DNA of 64,000 nt from a virus (lineage: Duplodnaviria; Caudoviricetes), in the IMG/VR virus record IMGVR_UViG_3300037467_003067, positions 234,604 through 298,603 of that record. One strand, written 5' to 3'. A program made the translations under genes and the position numbers. Shown piece by piece: positions 48,011-57,146 of the stretch. The stretch's first letter is position 1, and the number at the start of each line of letters is the position of its first letter. The notes beneath the pieces were generated by a model. It had not been told where the DNA came from, made no database searches, and saw only the letters and a list, made by a program, of their open reading frames with translations.

Positions 48011-48848
48011 TGTCGAATTGGTCGAGGGTGGCGTAGTCGAACTTCTCGTAGCAATGCTCGGGGAGAGTTTGGCGATACTGGACCCAGCCGTGGAAGTTGC
48101 CCGAACGGAAATTGGGGTCGTTGGTGGCTTGGGCACAGTGCTCGAAGGGCGAGAAGTGCTTATCGACCATCAATTGGTCGTGGAGGAAGAAGTCTTTCTC
48201 GGGTTCGGCGGGCTTGCCTTCCATGGTCAGATAGCTGACCCGACAACAACGCGCCGTAGACATCTTGAGTTGGAGGTCAGTGGGATAAAGGTGATGTTCG
48301 GCGGTCGTGATGTAAGGAAGGTGCCAAGCGCCTTCGGGCAATACCATGGGCTTGGAGTCGCGATAGGCGCGAGCCATCATGACCGCGAGCTTCTGGATTT
48401 CGGGCTGGGCATCCTTGTGACAGCGGAGCGAGAAGAAATTGTCGAAGGTGGTGGCGGTCAGGACGACATTGATGTGTGACCAAGGTTCGAGCATGCGGTT
48501 GACGATCTGCTTGTGCAGACCCAGACCGTTCATGACCTTGGCGAATCCCAGCACGGCTTTGAACGCCCCGAGCCAGCAGAGTTCGGCGAGCGACTTGTTG
48601 GCGATCTCTTCGCCTGCTTGCATGCCCCGTTTCTTCGACCCCCAATGGACTGGCATGACGGGGTCGGCTTCGACCCACTCCATCATCTTTTCGATGGGGA
48701 TGGCGCGAGATGACGATGCATTGCGTGAGAACGCACGGTGAGTTAGGGCTTCCGAATGGATCAGGCGGGGATACTTGAGTTGAAATGTGGTGATGCGGAC
48801 CTTATTCGGACCGATCGAGTCTGCAATAATCTTAACTTCATAGGACAT
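47991..48848 (-). CDS. thyX: FAD-dependent thymidylate synthase (phage ThyX-like)
   Basis: HSEALTHRAFSRNASSSRAIP, HKQIVNR.LEPW, LR.H.DAQPEI, STARCCRVSY, H.SPFEH. Confidence 0.85.
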   Translation of the reverse strand: MSYEVKIIADSIGPNKVRITTFQLKYPRLIHSEALTHRAFSRNASSSRAIPIEKMMEWVEADPVMPVHWGSKKRGMQAGEEIANKSLAELCWLGAFKAVLGFAKVMNGLGLHKQIVNRMLEPWSHINVVLTATTFDNFFSLRCHKDAQPEIQKLAVMMARAYRDSKPMVLPEGAWHLPYITTAEHHLYPTDLQLKMSTARCCRVSYLTMEGKPAEPEKDFFLHDQLMVDKHFSPFEHCAQATNDPNFRSGNFHGWVQYRQTLPEHCYEKFDYATLDQFDNDYVIG

Positions 48849-48879
48849 TAATTACATTTTCCTTAATTATAAACTATCG

Positions 48880-48914
48880 AGACTATCTGTACCCATAGTG
48901 GGTACAGATAGTCT
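48880..48914. terminator. 16-bp perfect inverted repeat, 3-nt loop
   Basis: AGACTATCTGTACCCA-TAG-TGGGTACAGATAGTCT. Confidence 0.55.
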
Positions 48915-48958
48915 TATATTAGTTACTTAAAAATTTTATAGAGCAAGTTCTTGAAGTT

Positions 48959-49729
48959 TCAGGGGGGCGTTCCCATCTCGACCTCTGAGCAATCGCCGAT
49001 GTACTTCTCCTTGAAATACTGGAGAAGCTTGCGGGACGAGGACTGTTCTTTGTAGTCGTATTCCGGGTGCCATTGGCAAGACATCCACCGCTCCTCGGGG
49101 CATTCCATCAACTCGACAATATTCTTGTCCTTGTTGACGTAACTGACGCCCAAGACATGGGGATCTTTTTCATGGGCAACTTCGTACAGGAGACCTTGGT
49201 GGTGGAAGCTGTTTACCCACAAAGGACGCACCGGGGCTTCCTTGGTCACCGGTCTATTGAAAAGAGTGCGATCGGTGAGGATTTCTACCTTGTGGATGGG
49301 TGAATTGGGGTCGGGAGAGAATTTCGGTTCCTGCACCGAAGGGCAGTGGATGATCGATGAGTCGTCGCAGAGATCCGTGATTAAAGTCATGTCCTTACGA
49401 CAGACCCCTAGCAACTGGTGACCCCGACAGATGCCGAACATCGGAACTCTTGACGCAAGACAACGGTCGATGACCTTGATTTCTCGTCGGTCTCGTCTGA
49501 GGTCGAAGAGCTTCATGTTCTTGCGAGACGGGAAACTCCGATTGTAGGTCATCGGATGGAGATCAACCCCGCCGCAAAGAAAGACGGCACTGACCTTGGA
49601 GACCCAATAATCAAGGTTGGCATCATCGTCCATGTAGAGCAGCACGGGGTTTGCCCCCATGAACTTCTCGATCATGTTGATGACGTCGCCAGTGAAAGTG
49701 CTTGGACCTGTGATACCAATGAGCTTCAT
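48959..49729 (-). CDS. Class I glutamine amidotransferase / peptidase C26 (PuuD-like)
   Basis: GGVDLHP..Y, RD.RE, GICRGHQ, VNSFHHQ, QWHPE. Confidence 0.9.
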   Translation of the reverse strand: MKLIGITGPSTFTGDVINMIEKFMGANPVLLYMDDDANLDYWVSKVSAVFLCGGVDLHPMTYNRSFPSRKNMKLFDLRRDRREIKVIDRCLASRVPMFGICRGHQLLGVCRKDMTLITDLCDDSSIIHCPSVQEPKFSPDPNSPIHKVEILTDRTLFNRPVTKEAPVRPLWVNSFHHQGLLYEVAHEKDPHVLGVSYVNKDKNIVELMECPEERWMSCQWHPEYDYKEQSSSRKLLQYFKEKYIGDCSEVEMGTPP

Positions 49730-49831
49730 TCGTCCATCCTTAGACGTGCCTTTTGAGTTTAGACACTAAAGCAGAAATGCGAATTAAGAAAACCAATCGA
49801 CAAGACACTATCTTAATCAAAGGGGACCAAT

Positions 49832-50407
49832 ATGTCAACGCAAATCAATCAATTCGGCAACGGTCTACAGGTCCTTATTCTCTGTGAGGCAACCGGAGCC
49901 GACAACTTCCTGGCGTTCGCGTCCGTTTATTCGCTCCAGAAACATTTGCCTGATGCCCAACTTGCCATTGCCTGTAAAAGACCAGAGCAAATGATGTTCG
50001 ATGTCTTCCCGTGGGCGTACAAATTGGGCATTCCGTTTTTTTACTACCAAAAAAATGAACCGACGGCTGTCGCGATCAAGCGAAATTATTTAAAGTTGCC
50101 CATACTCACCCTCTCTTGTGATATAATGTGCCTCTCGCCCTTTGACCAAGAAATTCTCGATCGCATCGACCCTAACGGCATCACCGACGGTTGCTCCCTT
50201 GCAAATTCGGTGAAGAGCCAAGACCTAAGTTCTCTTTGTTCAATTCAGGAGGGATGTGGATCATTTGTTCCCGCTTCCTGGATACATAAAGGTGGACATC
50301 CTTTCGGTCAGACCAATCTCTACGGAAGAGGAAATCTGACCAGGAATGAAAAAAGAGTTTTTGACCTATGGAAAAAACTCTGTCCAGTGTATGATGGCAT
50401 TCTCTAG
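49832..50407 (+). CDS. Hypothetical protein, possibly degenerate glycosyltransferase
   Basis: N-terminal ASVYSLQKHLPDA resembles GT-A N-termini; weak. Confidence 0.5.
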   Translation: MSTQINQFGNGLQVLILCEATGADNFLAFASVYSLQKHLPDAQLAIACKRPEQMMFDVFPWAYKLGIPFFYYQKNEPTAVAIKRNYLKLPILTLSCDIMCLSPFDQEILDRIDPNGITDGCSLANSVKSQDLSSLCSIQEGCGSFVPASWIHKGGHPFGQTNLYGRGNLTRNEKRVFDLWKKLCPVYDGIL

Positions 50408-50420
50408 GAGATATGTAATA

Positions 50421-50750
50421 ATGAAAAATCGCTTTAATTTCGATGACGGAGATTTCTCGGAAGACCTTTTCGACGAGTATGAAGACGGGGGGGACGGCGA
50501 GGAATATGGCGATGATGATCCTAGGGATTATCACGATCATCCCGGAGATGAGATCGCTAAAGCCATCGAGCTGGAAAGGAAAGACCTTAATCACCAGATA
50601 CTCTTCGAAACCATCAAGAGCCTGAGGAAGTCGTGGTTCTGGAATTTCCGAAGCCATAAGAGTCAGCAAAAATTAATCGCCGAAACTTATTTAACCTATC
50701 AGAGGCTCATCATCCTAGGCGAATTCGAGCGGATCGAATACCACGATTGA
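50421..50750 (+). CDS. Hypothetical protein with acidic N-terminus
   Basis: AGGAG RBS. Confidence 0.65.
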   Translation: MKNRFNFDDGDFSEDLFDEYEDGGDGEEYGDDDPRDYHDHPGDEIAKAIELERKDLNHQILFETIKSLRKSWFWNFRSHKSQQKLIAETYLTYQRLIILGEFERIEYHD

Positions 50751-50806
50751 GAGTCCGGATTTTTAGATAGGAAAATCGTGCTCACAATAGCACAGATAGG
50801 AAAAAT

Positions 50807-51145
50807 ATGCCGACTTATGATTTTGCCTGTAACGATTGCTCCGAAGAGTTCACGGAATTGACTCCCTTCGACTCTTCGGGAGCTTATTCCGGTGTCCATT
50901 GCCCCAAGTGTGGGTCGTCCCACAAGACCAAGGTCTTTGGTTCTTTCTGCTTTAGTTTCTCCAATCCTGAAGGAACTGATCGCTGGAGTAGCGACTCGCA
51001 TGGACACGACTACCGCTTCAAACACAACCTTCCCAAGGTCGTTGCTGAACGTGCCGCTGCAGAGATGGCGTCCCACATGGGAGGCTCTCCTTATAACGAG
51101 ATCGACGATATCACCAGCGGCGAGCATTTCGGCGATATCAAGTAA
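50807..51145 (+). CDS. FmdB family zinc-ribbon protein
   Basis: MPTYDFACNDC...CPKCGS. Confidence 0.8.
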   Translation: MPTYDFACNDCSEEFTELTPFDSSGAYSGVHCPKCGSSHKTKVFGSFCFSFSNPEGTDRWSSDSHGHDYRFKHNLPKVVAERAAAEMASHMGGSPYNEIDDITSGEHFGDIK

Positions 51146-51162
51146 TGCCCTTAAACAAAAAA

Positions 51163-51200
51163 GCTTGTAATGACCTGAGTAATCGGATATAGTATGACCT
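51163..51200 (+). promoter_or_regulatory. sigma70-type promoter, copy 1 of a 38-bp direct repeat
   Basis: TTGTAA-N17-TATAGT; 35/38 identical to 51484..51521. Confidence 0.75.
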
Positions 51201-51416
51201 ACGTGGAGAGCGGCGATTATTCTCGTTGTTCGGTTCCATTATCCTATAGGTTGCAAATATTGTGGGTGTCGCGAATTCCGCTCGGCTGGCTATTCAACGG
51301 ATCACATCGAGGCGAAGCACGCTGAAGATCGATGTGTTGTCCCTGAATGCAAAGCAGAATCGAGCGGATCATCTCCCACTTGTCTCGATCACCGACTCGG
51401 CTGCCAGTGATTTTTT
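51200..51416 (+). ncRNA. Candidate ~215-nt structured small RNA
   Basis: Own promoter; 5' hairpin, ~118-nt interrupted rod, 3' hairpin plus T-run. Confidence 0.55.
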
Positions 51417-51483
51417 AGGTAGCAAAATTGAGGCTGGTGAAAATCGGGAATTTTTTCAAATAAGTAAGTTAGCGAATAAAAGG

Positions 51484-51521
51484 GCTTGTAACGACCTAAG
51501 TAATCGGGTATAGTATGACCT
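51484..51521 (+). promoter_or_regulatory. sigma70-type promoter, copy 2, upstream of prkA
   Basis: TTGTAA-N17-TATAGT. Confidence 0.75.
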
Positions 51522-51653
51522 GTTGGGAAGAGCAGTGGTGACCCTCACCACTCAATACCCGAGACAATCACAAGCGTCTGAAGGGAACCCGAGACTAATC
51601 ACTTCTTTCCCACCGATTAGTTTCCTTATCTCTCATTTGAGGAAGGCGGAAGC

Positions 51654-53759
51654 ATGGATAGCTTGACGACGAAGACCGCGACGGCCCAGACGGATTTCCT
51701 GAACGAGTTTCTCGGTGAAGGGAACAAGGACGAGTTCCAGATCCTCAACGAGGAGATGTCCTACGCTGAGTACATTCAGCGGGTCCAGGAGAATCCTCGG
51801 TGGGAGCGGAGTGCTCACCAGCGGGTCTACGACATGATCATGGATGCGGGGTCGAAGACCTTCGTGAAGTATCGCAAGACCCTGACCCATTACAACTTCT
51901 TCGACAACGGCGAGGAAGCGATCTTCGGTCTCGACGAGACGCTCCACGAACTCGTCCAGCATTTCCGGGGGGCGGCAGGACACTTCGGGACTGAGAAGCG
52001 TATCCTTCTCCTCCACGGTCCGGTCGGCTCTTCCAAGAGCACGATCTGCCGCGCCCTGAAGCGGGGCATGGAAGACTACAGCCGCACGGACGGCGGGGCG
52101 TGGTATACCTACAAGTGGGTCGACCTCCCGACTGGTCCCGATGGCGTTTACAACAAGGAGACCGAGTTGGCGGCGATGTTCGAGTCGCCCCTGCACTTCC
52201 TGCCTCCCGATCGCCGGAAGCACCTCTACGCTCGCCTGAACGAGGTCATGCTGGAGCAGGTCCCTGCCGCCGACCGGACCAGCCAGTACACCTTGGTCCC
52301 TGAAGGGGAGTTGAATCCTCGCTCGAAGTTCTTCCTGAACTTCTTGCTCGCCAAGTACGACGGCGACCTCGCCAAGGTGTTGAACAACCACGTCCGCGTC
52401 GTGCGGATGGTCTACAGCGAAGCCGATCGCGTCGGCATCGGCACGTTCCAGCCGAAGGACGAGAAGAACCAGGACGCGACCGAACTGACCGGTGACGTCG
52501 ATTTCGCCCAACTGAACTACTTCGGGAGCGATTCCGACCCCCGTGCGTTCAGCTATAACGGCGAGTTTAACATCTCCAACCGGGGCGTCTTCGAATGCAT
52601 CGAGATGCTCAAGCTGGACAAGGAGTTCCTGTACGACTTCCTCGGTGCCTCCCAGGAACACGCGATCAAGCCGAAGAAGGCTCCGCAGGTGACGATCGAC
52701 GAGGTGATCATCGGTCACACCAACAACCCCGAGTACGAGAAGCTGATCAACGATCCGACGATGGAAGCGTTTCGCGACCGTACCGTCAAGATCGACGTGC
52801 CGTACCAACTCCAACTCTCGAACGAGATCCGGATCTACCAGCGTGACTACGGCAAGGGTCGGGTGCGTCAGCACGTCGCTCCCCACACGCTGGAAACGGC
52901 GGCTCTCTTCGCCGTCATGACCCGTCTCCAGGACGACAAGGACGGCAAGCTCGACCTCGCCGACAAGGTCAAGCTCTACGACGGCAAGGCTCTCCCCGGC
53001 TATACCGAGGACATGGTCAAGGAGTTCCGGGACAAGTCGGTCGGCGAGGGGATGAAGTGGGGTCTCAGCCCCCGATTCATCCAGGACCAGATCAGCGCCA
53101 CCCTGAGCGAGCGGCACGATTACATCAACCCGTTCATGGTCCTTGCCAAGCTCAAGGACAAGCTGCACACCAGCAGCCTGATCACCAACAAGGAGGACGT
53201 CGCCAAGTACGAGGTCTGCATCGACAAGGCGATCAAGGAGTTGAACAACATCCTCAAGACCGAAGTCCAGAAGGCTCTGGTCTCGGATGAGAACGCCATC
53301 ATCCGGCTCTGCAGCAAGTACATCGACAACCTCATGGCGTACATCGAGGAACGCAAGGTCATCAACCCCTTCACCAAGGCTGACCAGGAGCCCGATGAGC
53401 GGCTCATGAGGGAGATCGAGGAGAAGCTGGACATCCCCGAGCAGGGTGCCAACGACTTCCGCCGTCAGATCGCGATCTTCATCGCCGGTCTGAGCCAGAA
53501 GGGTCAGACCTTCGCGTGGGATTCCAATCCCCAACTGAAAAGGGCGTTGGAGGCGAAGCTGTTCGAGGACACCAAGGACACGATCAAGCTGTCCGCCCTG
53601 TCCCAGAACTCGCATGCCGCCGATCCCGACCAGCAGAAGAAGATCGACGCGATCAAGGACCGCCTCGTCAAGCAGTACGGCTACAACGAGCAGTCGGCGA
53701 CCGACGTGCTGAATTACGTTTCGTCCATCTTCGCACGGGGCGACGTGTCCGAAGACTAA
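51654..53759 (+). CDS. prkA: PrkA/YeaG AAA+ serine protein kinase family
   Basis: LLLHGPVGSSKST, GIGTFQPKDEKNQD..ELTG, SDPRAF...GE...NRG, IIGHTN..EY, AFRDR, G.SPRF, YGYN. Confidence 0.93.
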   Translation: MDSLTTKTATAQTDFLNEFLGEGNKDEFQILNEEMSYAEYIQRVQENPRWERSAHQRVYDMIMDAGSKTFVKYRKTLTHYNFFDNGEEAIFGLDETLHELVQHFRGAAGHFGTEKRILLLHGPVGSSKSTICRALKRGMEDYSRTDGGAWYTYKWVDLPTGPDGVYNKETELAAMFESPLHFLPPDRRKHLYARLNEVMLEQVPAADRTSQYTLVPEGELNPRSKFFLNFLLAKYDGDLAKVLNNHVRVVRMVYSEADRVGIGTFQPKDEKNQDATELTGDVDFAQLNYFGSDSDPRAFSYNGEFNISNRGVFECIEMLKLDKEFLYDFLGASQEHAIKPKKAPQVTIDEVIIGHTNNPEYEKLINDPTMEAFRDRTVKIDVPYQLQLSNEIRIYQRDYGKGRVRQHVAPHTLETAALFAVMTRLQDDKDGKLDLADKVKLYDGKALPGYTEDMVKEFRDKSVGEGMKWGLSPRFIQDQISATLSERHDYINPFMVLAKLKDKLHTSSLITNKEDVAKYEVCIDKAIKELNNILKTEVQKALVSDENAIIRLCSKYIDNLMAYIEERKVINPFTKADQEPDERLMREIEEKLDIPEQGANDFRRQIAIFIAGLSQKGQTFAWDSNPQLKRALEAKLFEDTKDTIKLSALSQNSHAADPDQQKKIDAIKDRLVKQYGYNEQSATDVLNYVSSIFARGDVSED

Positions 53760-53877
53760 AAGAACATGGGGGAAGGGCGGCGGACTTCCCCCATCTGAAT
53801 CCCGCCTTAGGAGTGTCTCACGCGACTGGCTCCCGCCAATCCTCCAACACGGTCGCGTGAGACATTTCTTTTGATTT

Positions 53878-54087
53878 CAATTTGATAGAGATTACTGGCA
53901 CGGTAATCCAAAAATATTTACAAACCCAAATGAAAGACAGTTGAACAGAAGATATCTGGATGAAAATCAAGATTCGGTCATAGAATCAATGGGATGGAAA
54001 GTCTTGAGGATATGAGAATCGGATTTTTACAAATTACGGGACACCACTTTAACTGAGTGGTTGTTGACGCAACTCCAAGGAGGGTAA
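53878..54087 (+). pseudogene. Remnant of a Vsr/DUF559-like endonuclease
   Basis: QFDRDYWHGNP...MGWKVLRI*ESD with in-frame TGA at 54013 where W is expected; no start; AT-rich. Confidence 0.7.
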
Positions 54088-54091
54088 GAAC

Positions 54092-55309
54092 TTGCCAAAA
54101 CGGATCGGTGAGGACCACAGTGACTTCCTTGACGTCATCGGCGGCAAGAAGCGCAAGCAGTTGAAGAAGTTCATTTCACGGGGGTCGATCGTCCGTAAGC
54201 GTGGGAAGAATGGCAAGATCAGCATCGCCATCCCTCGCATCGACACTCCTCGTATCGTTTTCGGTGACAATGACGAAGGGGTGGGACGTGGACCAGGCAA
54301 GCCCGGCGATGTCGTCGGTCGCGACCCGCAGCCTGGCAAGGGGAAGGGTAAGGGGAATGCATCCAACGATCCTGGCGAGGGGATCACCATCAACGTTGAC
54401 CTCGAAGAGGTTCTCAACGAGATGGAAAAGGAGTGGAAGCTGCCAACCCTCAAGCCCAAGCCGAATCAGGTTCTTCAGGAAGAGCGGATCAAGTACAACG
54501 ATATCGCTCTTGTCGGTCCTGAATCCTTACGGCACAATCGCCGGACCTTCCAGCAAGCCCTCAAGCGGTCTTGCGCGATGGGCAACCGTGAATTGATTTA
54601 TCGCCCCGGATTTGTCGATCCAACCCCGGCAGTCTCGATCATCCGCTCAGACAAGCGATATCGCCAGTACAAGGTAGTCCAGGAACCGTCCAGCAACGCC
54701 GCGATCTTCTTCGCTCGTGACTGGTCGGGATCGATGGATGAGACCAAGTGCGAGATCGTCTCCGACATGGCGTGGTGGATGGAGCAATTCATCAGCCGTC
54801 GCTATAAGCGGACCGAACGAGTCTACGTCGGTCACGACACGATCGCCGAGGAGTGCAGCCAGAAGAAATTCTACAACTACCGATATGGTGGTGGCACGAA
54901 TTGCTCTTCCGCTTTCCGGTTCATTTCTCAGCAGTTTGAGAACCGGTTCCCGCCGAACAACTGGAACATCTACATTCTCTACTTCACGGACGGGGACAAT
55001 TGGTCCGACGACAACGAGAAACTGATCGGTTGCCTCAAGAACGACTTCGGTCCTGAGGTCGTCAACATGGTCGGCGTCACGCAGATTCTCTCGTGGCGGT
55101 ACGCGAATTCGGTCAAGGCTCGCATCGACGAGGAACTTGAGAGCAAGGGTCTCAAATCCAGCGTCGTCCGTACGACGTTCATCGGCAACGAACAAAAGGA
55201 CGGCAATTACGGCGGCGGGACCTTGACCGAAGATGACAGGAACGAACAGATCATGCGAGCGATCGGCGACCTTTTCGGTGCTGATCGGAGTATGGAGAAG
55301 GTCGCATGA
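54092..55309 (+). CDS. yeaH: YeaH/YhbH (DUF444) vWA-like protein
   Basis: Gly-rich GVG.G.G..GD, L.LP.LKPK, RY, MIDAS DWSGS, GGT..SSA, WNIY..YFTDGDN; AAGGAGG RBS with TTG start. Confidence 0.9.
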   Translation: MPKRIGEDHSDFLDVIGGKKRKQLKKFISRGSIVRKRGKNGKISIAIPRIDTPRIVFGDNDEGVGRGPGKPGDVVGRDPQPGKGKGKGNASNDPGEGITINVDLEEVLNEMEKEWKLPTLKPKPNQVLQEERIKYNDIALVGPESLRHNRRTFQQALKRSCAMGNRELIYRPGFVDPTPAVSIIRSDKRYRQYKVVQEPSSNAAIFFARDWSGSMDETKCEIVSDMAWWMEQFISRRYKRTERVYVGHDTIAEECSQKKFYNYRYGGGTNCSSAFRFISQQFENRFPPNNWNIYILYFTDGDNWSDDNEKLIGCLKNDFGPEVVNMVGVTQILSWRYANSVKARIDEELESKGLKSSVVRTTFIGNEQKDGNYGGGTLTEDDRNEQIMRAIGDLFGADRSMEKVA

Positions 55310-55319
55310 TCCGATTCTT

Positions 55320-55359
55320 CGCTGATACGAAGTAGGTTTTTTCCTACTTCGTATCAGCG
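55320..55359. repeat. 17-bp perfect inverted repeat between yeaH and spoVR
   Basis: CGCTGATACGAAGTAGG-T6-CCTACTTCGTATCAGCG. Confidence 0.8.
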
Positions 55360-55461
55360 GACACATCCATTGGGCAAACACAGATACGGATATTCCAGTG
55401 GTTAACCTGATAGCTCATCTGTATCTCTCACCGGAAACGATCGAAATCAAGGAGCCTGAAG

Positions 55462-57087
55462 ATGGCGAAAAGTAAGATGATGAGTGGTTGCCCGGTCCTG
55501 ATGGGCGACAACACGATCCCTGGAGTCCGCATCCCCAAGGAGGTTCAGGATCAGATCCCGATTATCATGAAGGCGGTCAAGGACTTTGGATGCGATTATT
55601 ATCCTACTGTCGTGGAGTTCTTGACCTACGACGAGATTAGTGAGGTCGCAGCCTACGGTGGTTTCCCGGTTCGGTATCCGCACTGGCGATTCGGGATGGA
55701 ATACGAGGAGTTGTCCAAGGGTTATGAATACGGGATGCACCGCATCTATGAGATGGTTATTAATACAAACCCTTGCTACATCTATTGCCTTGACAGCAAC
55801 ACCCTGGTCGACAACGTGACCGTCGTCGCCCATGCTCTGTTTCACAACGACTTCTTCAAGAACAACATCCACTTCGAACCGACCAACACGAACATGCTCA
55901 ACAAGTTCGCCAATCACGCGACCAGGATTCGCGAGTACATGGCGCGCTGGGGCAAGGAGCGTGTGACCGAATTCATCGATTACGTGCTCCGGATCGAGAC
56001 TCTCATCGACCCCGTCAAGGGATGGAGCAAGAAGAAATACAAGGACCCTCTGATCAAGGACAAGCGGTCCTACAAGTTCCCGAGCCGTCGCGACGTCGGC
56101 GACCACACCTACATGGAGGAGTGGCTCAACCCCAGGCGGGAGCAGGACCGCAAGTGGAACAAGATCCACGAGCAGGAAGCGGCTTTTGAGATCGGCGCGT
56201 TCGGGCGTCCCGACAAGGATATCTTCGGTTTCCTCAAAGACCACGCCCCGCTCAAGCCCTGGCAGCAGGATGTCATCAGCATGCTCTACGATGAGAGCAT
56301 GTACTTCCAGCCCCAACGCATGACCAAGGTGCTGAACGAGGGCTGGGCGAGCATGGGTGATTCCAAGATGATGGCTCACTTCGGGCTGATCTCCTTGGGT
56401 CAACCGTCCCATGACGCCGGGATCTTCGAGTACGCCCAACACAAGATGGGGGTCCTCGGCGGCAAGTACAGCACTAACCCCTACAAGCTGGGCTATTGCC
56501 TCTTCCAGGACATCGAGGAGCGGTGGGACAAGGGTCAGTTCGGCAGCGAGTGGGAGGATTGTGAAGACCAGAGGGAGAAGGAGCGGTGGAACAAGAAGCT
56601 CGGTCTCGGTCGCGAGAAGATCTTCGAAGTTCGGAGGTGCTACAACGACCTGACCGCGATCAACGAGTTCTTCACGCAGGAGTTTTGCGACAAATACGAG
56701 TATTACGACTGGAAGCGATTCCCCAATGGGGAATACAAGATCGTGTCGCGTGACGCCAAGGAGATCAAGAAGAAGCTGATGCGTCGGCATCTCAACGGCG
56801 GTCTCCCCGACATTCGCATCACCGACGACAACCACTTGGGCAAGGGCTGGCTCTGCCTGGAACATAAGTGGGACGGTCGGACGCTCTACGACAAGTATGT
56901 GCGGGATACCCTCGTCGCTCTCAATTTCCTCTGGCAGCAGCCGGTGGTCCTCAGTACCAAGGACAAGAACAACGACGAGTTCGTTTACGTGTGCGAGGGA
57001 ACCGATTCCAAGCAGGTCTACCTGGCATCGCGTTCCGATTACGACAAGCATATCGTGAACAAGAAGCCGCAAGAGTCGGAAGCTTGA
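55462..57087 (+). CDS. spoVR: SpoVR/YcgB family protein
   Basis: AYGGFP.RYPHWRFG, IYEMVIN..PC, AH..HNDFFKNN, WQ.D......E.YF.PQ..TK..NEGWAS, NPY.LG. Confidence 0.93.
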   Translation: MAKSKMMSGCPVLMGDNTIPGVRIPKEVQDQIPIIMKAVKDFGCDYYPTVVEFLTYDEISEVAAYGGFPVRYPHWRFGMEYEELSKGYEYGMHRIYEMVINTNPCYIYCLDSNTLVDNVTVVAHALFHNDFFKNNIHFEPTNTNMLNKFANHATRIREYMARWGKERVTEFIDYVLRIETLIDPVKGWSKKKYKDPLIKDKRSYKFPSRRDVGDHTYMEEWLNPRREQDRKWNKIHEQEAAFEIGAFGRPDKDIFGFLKDHAPLKPWQQDVISMLYDESMYFQPQRMTKVLNEGWASMGDSKMMAHFGLISLGQPSHDAGIFEYAQHKMGVLGGKYSTNPYKLGYCLFQDIEERWDKGQFGSEWEDCEDQREKERWNKKLGLGREKIFEVRRCYNDLTAINEFFTQEFCDKYEYYDWKRFPNGEYKIVSRDAKEIKKKLMRRHLNGGLPDIRITDDNHLGKGWLCLEHKWDGRTLYDKYVRDTLVALNFLWQQPVVLSTKDKNNDEFVYVCEGTDSKQVYLASRSDYDKHIVNKKPQESEA

Positions 57088-57095
57088 CGGGTGAA

Positions 57096-57128
57096 CAAAC
57101 AAGAGGGCGTTAAACGCCCTCTTGTTTG
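57096..57128 (+). terminator. 16-bp inverted repeat ending the prkA operon
   Basis: CAAACAAGAGGGCGTT-A-AACGCCCTCTTGTTTG. Confidence 0.65.
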
Positions 57129-57146
57129 CTTATGACAGGATCGACG

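Noticed and set aside
51262-51513. 83-aa ORF in the prkA upstream region
   Set aside because: GTG start without an RBS, runs through the second promoter, and the region is better explained by RNA structure
51633-53615. 660-aa antisense ORF over prkA (also 36749..38356, 55447..57102, 22645..23847, 30852..31769)
   Set aside because: Mirror-frame shadows of genes with strong third-position G/C bias; no motifs, and the opposite strand has clear family signatures
54013-54015. In-frame TGA at a Trp position as evidence of a recoded genetic code
   Set aside because: TGA ends many intact genes here (often as ATGA overlaps) and the fragment has no start, so it is a pseudogene
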